In this document: one piece after another, positions 1 to 11,799 of the stretch
Numbering within the stretch: the stretch's first letter is position 1
How the letters are laid out: the number at the start of each line of letters is the position of its first letter
Assembly: GCA_012295275.1 (NCBI GenBank)
Contig: CM022676.1
Coordinates: forward strand, 17,050,001-17,114,000
From: Chrysomallon squamiferum
Lineage: Eukaryota; Animalia; Mollusca
Length of the DNA stretch: 64,000 nt
Direction: 5' to 3'
The notes under the pieces: generated by a model
Told to the model about the DNA's origin: nothing
Database searches by the model: none
Seen by the model: the letters and a program-made list of their open reading frames with translations, nothing else
Position numbers and translations under genes: made by a program

Positions 1-602
1 ATTTATTTATGAGATTCGCACAACAAGCGAACCATCTACACACACATATGTCACAGCCTAAAATAAAATGTTACTGAAGAGGAAGAAAAATCATCAGCTG
101 TTAGTGAACAATTGTCCGTATTCCTTCTTTCAGTGTAACAGTAATTTGTCAAAAAAACTTGTGCCATATGAAAATATCACAAGTTGCATCATTGCTGACT
201 GAATCATTTTTTGTGTTCTTAGTATCACATTAGTAAAGATTTTTTGTTATTTTCCAAACCTTAATAGCAACAATCATGTTCATTTATATTTTTAATTGAA
301 AGGTTAATTTATAATTAATACACTAATCGCTTCCATTTAGTGCTGACTGTCTAGATTTACTGATACCACAGATGATCCGACCTGAACATGTTAACTAATA
401 ATTAATACACAATTTGTTTGTTGTTATTTCTGAACACAGAAAACACTAGTTTACAGTTCTGTATTGAAAAAGTATAATTTTGGTAGTAAAGATACCGAAT
501 CTGTTATAGAAGTGGTACATACATTTGTCTTTTGTATTTATGGTCGTATACGTTTAATATTCAAAGAGAAAGATTCATAAATAAATTACGTAGATACATT
601 AC

Positions 603-1975
603 TTCTTGAGCCAGATGTATCTAACAGAGTCGACGTTCTTGTTGTTGTTGCTGCCTCTGTTACGTTAATCGTATTAGCCTGTGTTTGTATCCCTGAAAAA
701 TACATATATGTACATACATGTATACATATATATAGTAAGCACCACGATGACAACATCTATTACATTTAAAGTAACTACTACTCTTCTACTATTAACTTTT
801 TTTTGTTTTTGTTTTAGTTATTTCTTTTGACTTCTAAATGCAGTTGTAGTGGATCAGCCATTATACTATCTGGTGCACTGTGCTAACATAATGAAAGTGA
901 TGGTGGGAACAATGTGAAATTTCTATGGGATCCAATAGGAAGGTTGCTCGTTGTCCAGCACTGCATTTCAAAACAATAAAAATACAACACTGCAATCAGT
1001 TTTCTTTAATAGATAACTGATTACTAGTATTACTTTTCTTCTGCATATATATTAAGTGTTGTATCTGATATAAGAAGAATGCGTTTAAATAAAGAACAGA
1101 AGACAGAGAAAGGTCTCTTTAACCAGCACACAGCCACAACAACAGCTTCCACCAGTATCCATTTATTCAGAGCAGATGTGACCACACCCAAAACAACCAC
1201 GAGTAAACAGACTTCAAGGAAAAGGGCAAACATCACTTTTCTCACTGACACGTGTCACAAAACGAATCTCATCTGAGAAGAGCAGAACAAAAATGAGAGC
1301 TAAACAGCAGTTGGTAGACGCACGTGAAGATAATGTGAAATCCACAGCTGAATGTGTTGTATAGAGCAGATCTGAGGAGGAAACACAAGATTCACTTTTT
1401 CTATTTCAGGACAAAGACCCGAAGTCAGATGATTATGTGATTAGTAAGTATGCCTAAAGCGGAACACTGTTCACTACATCAGTGTAACGATACCCCGAAC
1501 AAAAAGATGACGAAGGGGACCATGTAGTCAAATTTCTACGTGATAGATTCAGAATTAGTTGTGCATTTCTGAGTCTGAGCAGGAAATAATTAGCTCAGTC
1601 GAATGTCATTCTATAGTCTAATGTGAAAACTACTAAAACGCAGAAGGGAATCGTACAACTGGGTGTCAATGTGTTGAAAATGTAATTCGCCCATTAGTAT
1701 GTGCATTTGCGATGAAATTAATAATAATTTTTGAAAAATGCATTTGTCTTGATTTTAGATATTTTCACTGGCTGAGATCAAGGCTCGTAGGATGGATCAT
1801 TGCTCCCTTACCCTGTCACATAAGTGTACCTCATAAAGATCTTGATGACGACAACCTATCGAACTCTTTATTGTAATCTAAAGTGATAATGCATGTATAA
1901 GCATCAACAGTTTTAATATCAACTGTTATGAAGTGGACAAATATCTTAATAATGGCTACTTAGTTTCCACTTTAA

Positions 1976-2025
<50 letters not shown>

Positions 2026-2428
2026 TAATAATAACAATAATAAATAATAATAATAATAATAATAATAAATACTCACGTGTTGGTGTAATGGAGTTACTCT
2101 TACTTTTTTCAGTGCTACATGTCCATGACTTATAGTCGTTGTCAGAAAATGAAGATACAGTCAAACTGTAAGTGGTTAAATAACTTGTACCTGTGAGTAA
2201 AGTTTGTCTTTCTTGTTTGTACAAACTTACATCTGTAGTTATCTGTCGACTCTCTGTGTGTTTCACATGTTTGTGTTTTATATTTACATGTACAAATGTT
2301 CTCATCACCTCGTTTAAATGTGATATCTTCTTTATAAATATTTCTGATAACAGAACAAACAAATGTGAAAGTTTGATTGATGACAGCCGTCCAGGAATAC
2401 ACTGATAAACCAGGATTTGTAGCTGAAA

Positions 2429-2516
<88 letters not shown>

Positions 2517-4238
2517 CCTCCAACAACTACTAAGCTAACAGTAATAACAACGACAACGAAACGCCAACAGCAATACTAATAGCAATAAGAACAGCAACAA
2601 AATAGTAATAAGAATAATAATAAGAAAAGCAATAACAAAAGTGTTGTTTGTGTACGTACATACAGATGTATGTATCAAATGTTGTTGTTCTTTTTTATAA
2701 TTGTAAGATAATATTACTTAAATTATTTTGTGTGCATATGCTTCTCTATGTGAGTAATTGCTATTTTGTTTTTGATGCTGTTTTTTTTTTTGTTGTTTTT
2801 TTGTTGTTTTTTTCCAGTAATGATAAATATTTTCTTACAAATAACTGAAATTTCTGGTTCACTCCACTCATCAAGTTGATCATATCCACAAAACCAGACT
2901 CCAGTGTCATTTTCAGTTGTCAGATGCTTGTAAACTGTGTAGTCTTTGTACTTGCTGTTAGCTTTGTTTGTCTGTGCTGCACATCTACAAATGTAACTTT
3001 GTGTACTGTTACAGTTACACGTGTCTCCTCTCTGTACACAGTCACACACTGTAGTGTTATCAGTTTGTGTTTTATGTACAAACTTTATATCAGAATTCAG
3101 ATTCTGTGACTCGCGTACACGACACATCATAAACATCATTTCACCTTTTAGTACAGGTATCACGTCCATTAATCCAAACTTTACTCCTAGAACTGATACA
3201 AAAAAAAAAAAAACATTAATTTTTATTTGCAATTAATTAATTAATTAAATGAGTTAGTGTTGTTGTAATAAAACTTATCAGATTTAGTTTAGTCACTATC
3301 GTTGTTATTATCACTAATCGTAGCTGTATTAGATTGATAATGATACTACTGTTATTACAACTACTGTTACTACCAATGCGATTACTAATACTTCTATCAC
3401 TACTAATTATTATTAGTACTACCTCTATGAGTACTACTACTATTACTACTACCACAAAAACTACTACTACTATTACTGCTGATTATGCTACTATTTTTAC
3501 TATTACTCCTTTTCTACTACTAGTACTAATGATACTCCTCCTAATACATACTATTCACACAAACACTAAAACCAGTTCTTCTGCTACTATAACCTCCACT
3601 GTTATTTCTGATAAAATTATTATCAGTGGTTTATTCTATATTTACTTCTATAATTACTACTGCTACTACCACGTCTTTTTCTTCTTCTTCTTCCTTTGTT
3701 TATTCCACTTCTTCTACTCTATTACTACCACTACTACAGCTACTAGTACTACTACAGCTACTACGTCTACTTCTAATAATACTACAACTACTACTGTTAC
3801 CAGTACTACCACTATTACTATTACTACTACTACTACTACTATTTTTTACCACTGTTATAGCCATTATTGTGTTTTTAATTATTACTTTTAAATATTCCAC
3901 ATTTACTACAACTACTACAGTTGCTGCTGTTGCTACTTGTGTTACTAGCGCTAGTTGTATGATTACCAGTAACAGTATAACTGTATAACTATTACTGCTG
4001 TTGTTTTAATTATTGTTACTATTACGACTACTACACTCCCTTATTCTATTACTATTACAATGACCACTACTACTGACACTAACACAACAACTACATTTTC
4101 TAAAAACTATTTGCTTAAGAAGAAGAAGAAAAGAAGAACAACTACATGAAATTAGTTTAGCTTTAACTTACCAGTACTCGAGTGCAGAATGAGAAAACTT
4201 ATAGGAAAAATACAGAAAATAAAAACGTCTGTCCGCAT
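603..4238 (-). CDS. IgSF type I membrane receptor, copy 1 (5' half; TM and cytoplasmic exons expected left of the window)
   Basis: Phase-1 exons with canonical AG/GT: 4172-4238 signal peptide MRTDVFIFCIFPISFLILHSST; 2839-3192 Ig-like domain (MMCRV...IKFVHK...NDTGVWFC); 2077-2422 second Ig-like domain (FTFVCSV...DITFKR...NDYKSWTC), which is +1 frameshifted unless a 40-nt intron 2191-2230 is removed; 603-692 S/T stalk RIQTQANTINVTEAATTTRTSTLLDTSGSR. Confidence 0.75.
1050..1650 (+). mobile_element. Probable pogo/Tigger-like DNA transposase C-terminal remnant, present only in copy 1
   Basis: Absent from the paralogous intron near 22.6 kb. Broken translation RKRANITFLTDT... and DYVISKY...DDEGDHVVKFLR resembles C-termini of invertebrate pogo-like transposases (recognised from memory). 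Confidence 0.4.
2839..3192 (-). CDS. Ig-like (V-type-like) domain exon of receptor copy 1
   Basis: 354-nt phase 1-1 exon, open, with B-strand Cys, D-x-G-x-W-x-C F-strand motif and three extra C-x-C pairs. Confidence 0.8.
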
Positions 4239-4285
4239 GTTTGAATTATTCCAGTGGGAAATCTGAAATAACAACAATAATAATT

Positions 4286-4408
<123 letters not shown>

Positions 4409-4900
4409 TAATAAATAATAATAATAAATAATAAAAATAAGAATAATAACAACAACAACAACAACAACAATAATAATAATAATAATAATACAAACGTCAC
4501 TAGAAATAGAAATAACAATAACTATAAAATCGATTCAGTCAGAAAAAGAAATTATGAACTATTTAAAAACTAACTTGTCAAATGTTCTTCCTTATGTAAT
4601 CTGCAGTGTTCCTCTTAGAGCAGCCAGTGAAATTTCTGCAAAGCTTTCCTCGAACAAGGAAGTCAGTCTACTTATGTATTTCAACAAGCTGCATTGTTTC
4701 AAAAAGGAAACAGGTTATAAAGTACTTGCTATTGTTCGTGTGAATATGCGTTGAACACTTAGCATAACATATTCTCAAATAAACTTTGTCAGAGAAATTT
4801 CTTGAGAAAATTTCGCTTGGTGTACCTAATATGTGTGTCGTGTGTGTCTGTATGTGTGTCGTTGTGTGTGTCTCCGAATGTTTGTGTCTGAGTGTGTCTC

Positions 4901-4942
<42 letters not shown>

Positions 4943-5094
4943 CTGTATTAAGACAAAGTTATTATATATTTTTTAAACTAATTAAATGAGAGAATTTATG
5001 TTGAAAGCCCTTCTGATATTGTACAGGGAGGTTTATTGTGTGTATATATGTATATATGTATATGTGTGTGTGTTTGAGTGTATGTGTGTATATA

Positions 5095-5228
<134 letters not shown>

Positions 5229-5643
5229 TATACATATATGTATGTATATTTCTATATGTATTTGAATGTATGTGATTTAAAATACACTTAGAAAGGATCA
5301 AAGCATACGTTTCTGCTCTGCTAACAAGGATTAAAATCCAATCATTTACTACAAAAAGAAATCACAATTTAAAAAATAGAACTGTTCATGATAATAACAG
5401 TTATTATTTAATGGGTGTGTTATATATGTGTATGTAACAGACTGGTATCAGGTATGTGTATTATTGTAAAAGATGAGTGTAATGAGTGTAGATTTCTCAA
5501 AACCCGCAGTGCACGAGGAAATGTACCAGATTTATTGTTGTTTTATTAACCATTTCTATTTCTATATATGTAGGTAAAGCTATAAAATAAATTATTTTCA
5601 AATCCTTCTTAGGTGGGGAATTAAACAACGATGTTAGAGGCAG

Positions 5644-5657
5644 GCGCCCCCTGGCGG
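5644..5657 (-). promoter_or_regulatory. CTCF-like binding motif between the divergent genes (copy 1)
   Basis: Minus strand reads CCGCCAGGGGGCGC, a near-perfect match to the CTCF core CC(A/G)CCAGGGGGCGC, in a very AT-rich background. Confidence 0.55.
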
Positions 5658-6284
5658 GAAACTGCCAATATATTACGGAACACGGACAATGGAATTTAAA
5701 CAGAAAGTTTTCACAAAAGTAACCGAATTCACGTGTTTTGTTTCGTAAGAAAAAATTACATTGAGGTACTGTTATCTTTTCTTTCTTTCTTTTCGCTTAA
5801 TTTTAGATCTTAGGTTTTTTCAGCTTTATGTTTCTTTAGTTCCTATTTTGTTTTTTATATATTTTTTTTTTTTTTTTTTTTTTCGTCTTAGTAACAGTAT
5901 TGTTTTTGCATACATTATTTTTAACTGTGTCTTCCTTTCTTCGTTCTTCTGTCGTTCTCAAAAATTCAGGTTGAGGATACTCTACCCGAAATCCATGTGA
6001 CCGGAAGTTCTGAATATTCCGGATATGAGGATATAACCAGAGAAAAGGATTTAAATCAAAACACAGATTCCGTTTAATTTTCATAAACAGCAAAAACAGA
6101 GAGTTCTCGGGATATTTTATATGTAATAAAGTTTGTGTGTACTAAACCAGCTGAGAACTTTGAGTTTCAACATTTCGTTTAATCGTCTAAAGTTCAAGAT
6201 TTCAGAATTTCGGAGAACTGATTCTCAAAATGTAAATATAATTTGCTGTTTAGTTCCTGTGAATACTGAAAATCTGTTCTTATT

Positions 6285-6320
<36 letters not shown>

Positions 6321-6442
6321 ACTTATTAAATATTCATTTACGTAACGATTTGTTTGAATGTTTTATATGTTATGTTTTTGCATTTGTTTGTATATGTATA
6401 TGTCTGAATGTATCTATGTATATATATATATATGTATATATG

Positions 6443-6473
<31 letters not shown>

Positions 6474-6474
6474 A

Positions 6475-6581
<107 letters not shown>

Positions 6582-6654
6582 GTATGTATATGTATGTATG
6601 CATGTCTATGTATGTATATGTATATATGCCCATATGTATTTTATTTAATTACAG

Positions 6655-8923
6655 ATGGCTCTTTCAGCAGTGTTTGTTGTTGCCATAGTAACAGTTTCTT
6701 TCTCATCTTGCTGGAGTCAAACGCCATTTAAATGTAAGTACTTGATCAACTCACGTTTTCTAATCTCCTGTTTGTTTGTTTGTTTGTTTATTTATTTATT
6801 TATTTTTATAATTTAGTACAAAATGTCGAAAACGCACCCACCCACTTATATTACACCCACCCATCCACAGAAAGCACACACACACACAAACACACACGCA
6901 CACACGCACACACACACACGCACGGACGCAAGCATATATTTAGGTTATATATGTAAAATAATAAATCTTCACAGATTATCCATTATTTAAATTGTTTATC
7001 TGTTGTTGTTTTGTTTGTTCATTTGTTTGTCTTTTGCTTGATTGTGTGTTTATTTATCTGTTGTTTGTTTGTTTTTTGTTTGTTTGTTTATCTGTTTGTT
7101 TGTTTGTTTATTTGTTGTTTATTTTTTTTTTTTGTTTGTTTTTTTTTTGTTTGTTTTTTTTTGTTTGTTTGTTTATTTTTTGTTTATTTGTTTGTTTGTT
7201 TTTTGTTTTTTTTTTGTTTATTTGTTTTGTTTTTTTTTTTTTTGTTTGTTTTGTTTATCTGTTGTTTTGGTTTGTTTAGTGAACAGCACGTGTTCACGAC
7301 GTTCTGACTGCATGATCGGCGACAACACGCAACATCCCGACTGCACCGACTGCACCCAGTTTGTCGTTTGCTTCAAAGGAAACTACGCTGTCGTCAGCTG
7401 TCCTGCGACATCTCTTGACGACGTTTACTACGACGTCACCACCGGCAGATGTGTCAGCAAGGAGAAGGCAAACTGTGGGTGAGTCATTACTGTACTAACT
7501 TAAATACAGTTTTTAATTAATTTATCTGTAAATATAACAGTTTCTTGTTTACATTCTCGTTGTTGTTGTTGTTGTTGAAGTAGTCGTTTTAGTGTTCATT
7601 GTTGTTGTAAGAAGTTAGAGGCATCACAGAAATCACAAAAGAGGTTGTATGCTAAACTGTTTTATTTCGTCTCTTAGGACACAGACAGATGCAGAGAAGA
7701 TGATTTCTGCAGATCTGAGAAAAGCGAAGAAAGCTTCGATAACTCTACCTGATGGTTCCGAATACAAGTTCTCCTACTTTTCCCCGGACCAGTCCATTCA
7801 CCCTTTGGAAAGTAATGCGAATGAAAATGACGTCACAACAAATGAAGGTACAAAGAATGAAAATTATATTACAAATAACTCGATAAATAATGAATATCAA
7901 AATGACATTACCAATAGTCCGACTGAAAGTGATGTCACGAGCTACAAGAATGAAAATGACGTCACAAGTAGCCCCACTCAAAATGATGTCACGAGTAGCC
8001 TGAATGAAAATGACGTCACAAACAACTTAAATGAAAATTACGTCACAAGTAAGCCGACTGAAAAATTCACAGGTTACGAGAAGGAAAATGACGTCAGAGG
8101 TAAACAGAACGAAAAAGAAATACCCACTAACCAGAATAAAAATAATGATATAAATAATCATCACCAAAATGACGTCACCAATAGCTACAGTACATATGAC
8201 GTCACAGACAGTCCGATTAGAAGTAGTACGACTTCATCCAGCACAACTCCGCCTCGACGTGAGATCAACCCAGCCTCCATGCTGACTTCTGACATAAACA
8301 ATTACGTTGATAACCTACAAGAAAAACAGTTTTCTTTTCCTCGTTTTGACAGCGCTCAGCCAATCAAGTTTGAGACGTTTTCTCAGCCTCGTGTACCGCT
8401 CTACTTTGGCGGGAAACCGGTTGGTTTTAACTCCAAGGATAATGACGACCTGATGTCCGCTATAAAACTTCCCAGCAACGACGTCAGTCACAACGACCTG
8501 AACGACATGCATAAACAACTGAATGAAGATTTGTTGTCGCTGGGACATCCTTTCGATAAAGATTTTTTCAATTTCCAAGAGAGTCAGCAATCAATTTCAC
8601 AATTCGAAAATCTAGAAATGAATTCTGAGAAACCGGCTCAAGTAACATCTACTCCGTCTACGGCTAATACACAGCAGCAACAGCAACCGAGATGCACCGT
8701 TAGCTGCATTTACGATGGGCAACGACTACACGGTCTGTATCAGCACTGCCACACGTGCTCCATGTACGTCGACTGTAACCATGGAAACGCGAGTTACCAG
8801 TCGTGTCCTATTTTAAGAGAGTGGGATGACAACAAGAAACAGTGCGTACTCTTTTCCTCCACCTGTCGGCAATTCTCGGCTTTTCCGACAATGGACGATC
8901 TTCTAGAGACACGTTTTAAATAA
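6655..8923 (+). CDS. Secreted chitin-binding (peritrophin-A/ChtBD2-like) domain protein, copy 1, about 507 aa
   Basis: Exons 6655-6733 (signal peptide [21 protein letters not shown]), 7280-7478 (Cys-rich domain [13 protein letters not shown]...SCP...YYD...C) and 7678-8923 (N/D/T-rich repeats, then CTVSC...[13 protein letters not shown]...SCP...WDDNKKQC...STC). Canonical GT-AG, phases 1 and 2 match, total 1524 nt. Confidence 0.85.
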
Positions 8924-9290
8924 CTGTGTTACGTTACAGTGTCAGTGTATGCACTTGCGTTGATTATAATCTCTAAAACACTAATATAATTATTAACTAA
9001 GTACGAACAGGTCAAGATTTCAGTTCCTAATTCCTCTTCTCATTAGTTTATTTATTTTATTTTATTTTATTTCATTATATTTTATTTTTTCATTTTATTT
9101 ATTTATTTACTTATTTATTTCAGAGATTTGTTTTTCCTTTTTTTTTCTTAGTTGCATGCTTGTTTGATGACTTGCTGTTTACGATATGACATACGTTTAT
9201 CAAAATTCGTTAGAAGATAAACAATAGTAACTGTTCAGTAACAATAACAATGATAAAAGCAGCAGCAACAACACAGCAACTATAACAATA

Positions 9291-9338
<48 letters not shown>

Positions 9339-10854
9339 GTAATAACAACAATATAAACGTGAAATTATATCAAAATTTACTTGCAGCTATTAAGGTTTCT
9401 TACCAAATTAATTTTCCAGTGATATAGTTTCATCAAAATTGAAGCGCTAATTAAAAAGATATCAGAGTCTGAAAAAAGTGGCAGTCACGCCCAGCTCTGG
9501 CCAAAATATCAAAATTCGAGGGCAAATAATTTTAAACTAATATTCAAAATGTGAAATCGTTATGACAATATCATGTTGCATACCAAATAAAATGATCAAT
9601 AATACAGAGAAATGACATGGTTAATAAATTCAAACAAAAACATTCTTAGAATTTTTGTGTGATTTGATCTTTTGAAACAAATATAAAGGTTTACGATTGT
9701 CGGATGACTAGAGTTAATTGAGAATTTACTTTGTGTATGTAATTTTATTAGTATTATTGTTCGGTATTTCACTCTTAATAACTATATACATAAACAAAAT
9801 TATGACATACCTGAAATAACTGTAGGTATAACAAATGAATAAATCCAGATACACGGAAAGAAATACATTTCTTAATTAAGAACTGTCTACATCAGTCTGT
9901 CTGCATCAAACACCACTACTTTAATTCAGATGCTTATTGCTAGCTTTATATACATTGCACGTTGACTGACGCAGTTTATTTGGTAATCGTACACCTGTTT
10001 GTTACTAGTAGCTGAAGTGGAACGTATCACACTGATGAAATAAAGAAAAAAAGTATTATTATCAAGAACACTTGAAAAAAACCTTTTTTGTGGTAGTATA
10101 TCTACTTGTCTGTCTGTCTGTCTGAATATCTATCTATGTCTACCTGTCTGTCTGTCTGTACCTGTCTGTCTGTCTGTCTGTCTGTCTATTTATCTATCTC
10201 TCTATTTATCTATCTATATTTATTTATTCAAACTTGTTTATCATTATGTATACTTCAGAAAGCGAAGCTAAAATATCCCTAGATATTTATGTGAAAGTTT
10301 CTAAATGTGATTGTGTGTTTTTTTTTTTCTGTTTCTGTGTGTGTGTGTGTGTGTGTGCGCGCGCGATTCTCTGAACAACGATTTACATATTCGTATGTTC
10401 AATTACAGAATATTCTGGTATGAAAATCTGTACTGATTCAACCAATTTGGATAAATTCTTCATCGAATTCAGAATTTGAGAAATAAATATCTTTAGTGTC
10501 TCTAGTACAAAACACTTAAAAATAGTTGATTCATCGACTATCAAAGTATTGTATTATTAGAGATATTAATTAGAATAACACAACTGGTGACAACAATACG
10601 CAACCATTTATCAATACAACAGCGCAGTGTGAATCAATGTTATCAACATGTCTTAACAATTATATACTCAATACATTTTATTTTTAGTATAATCATATCC
10701 TTTCTTGCGTCAAAGATATAATGAAAATATATTTTGCTCATACTAAATGAGTAATATGATTATGAGTGGATTTTTGATTTTTGCTAAATGATAATTATAA
10801 CTCAGAATGGATGTGAAATATATCTAGAAATTCTTCATCCCAATTATATAGCTG

Positions 10855-10907
<53 letters not shown>

Positions 10908-11799
10908 ACAGTCTCACTTGCTTTCTGTCAAGGTGATGTTTTACAGGTGCAGGGGTCTCTGATATTCTATCAGTGGTAAATCTCATGTTACAGCTTGATA
11001 GCTTCTGACAGAAACAATGGAGGTATCATGTGATTACGGGATTTGTGTTTCAACATTCTTTTTGTAACAATCTGTAAGTCAAGAAATGAGTTTATACATA
11101 CAGACATATACACATATACACACGAAGACAAATATATGCAGGCAAACATAAACAGAAATTTGCAGACACACTCATACACACAAAGCAGTTTATACGTATG
11201 ACAGTAACTTAGAATAATCTGTCTTGCTATAACCTATTGAAACAGTAGATCCTGTTTAAGGTTTGATCCTCGTAAATAACACCCAGTATACCTTAGTGTG
11301 TCTCCTGTATCAGTGACACAAGATTTGTATCTACCCTACATAACAAACAAACAGACACTTTACAATATATTTAATAGTCAAACAACTAAGACCAGTATAC
11401 TGAAGTATTCGGAGGTAGGGGGAGAGGGGAACAGCATTTTAAAATTATCTTTAAGTAAATTGTAAGTTGTAAAGCGCATGAACTTGCATAACAAGAAGAC
11501 AAATTTGTAAATAAAATTAAAGTAATATATAATAATATGCAACCTATAATATTATCTAATATCAGTTCATATTTTATTTTTATTTTAATTAACACTCCTA
11601 CCATTGTATAGAGTCTTTGAGTGTTGTATATACCTTGAACGATAAAACACTATCTAGCGAGAGAGAAAGAGATGGAGACAGAAAAAACAAATTTTAGTAA
11701 AGATTACAGTTTATTCCTCATGTTCAAGAATTATTCTTTGCAGGATTGTTCATAATGTTTCTTTTCTACATTAAAAAAAAAAAAAAAAAAAATAACAGA

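Noticed and set aside
7745-8590. Antisense ORFs within the chitin-binding gene (also 28895-29737)
   Set aside because: Shadow frames of the plus-strand exon.
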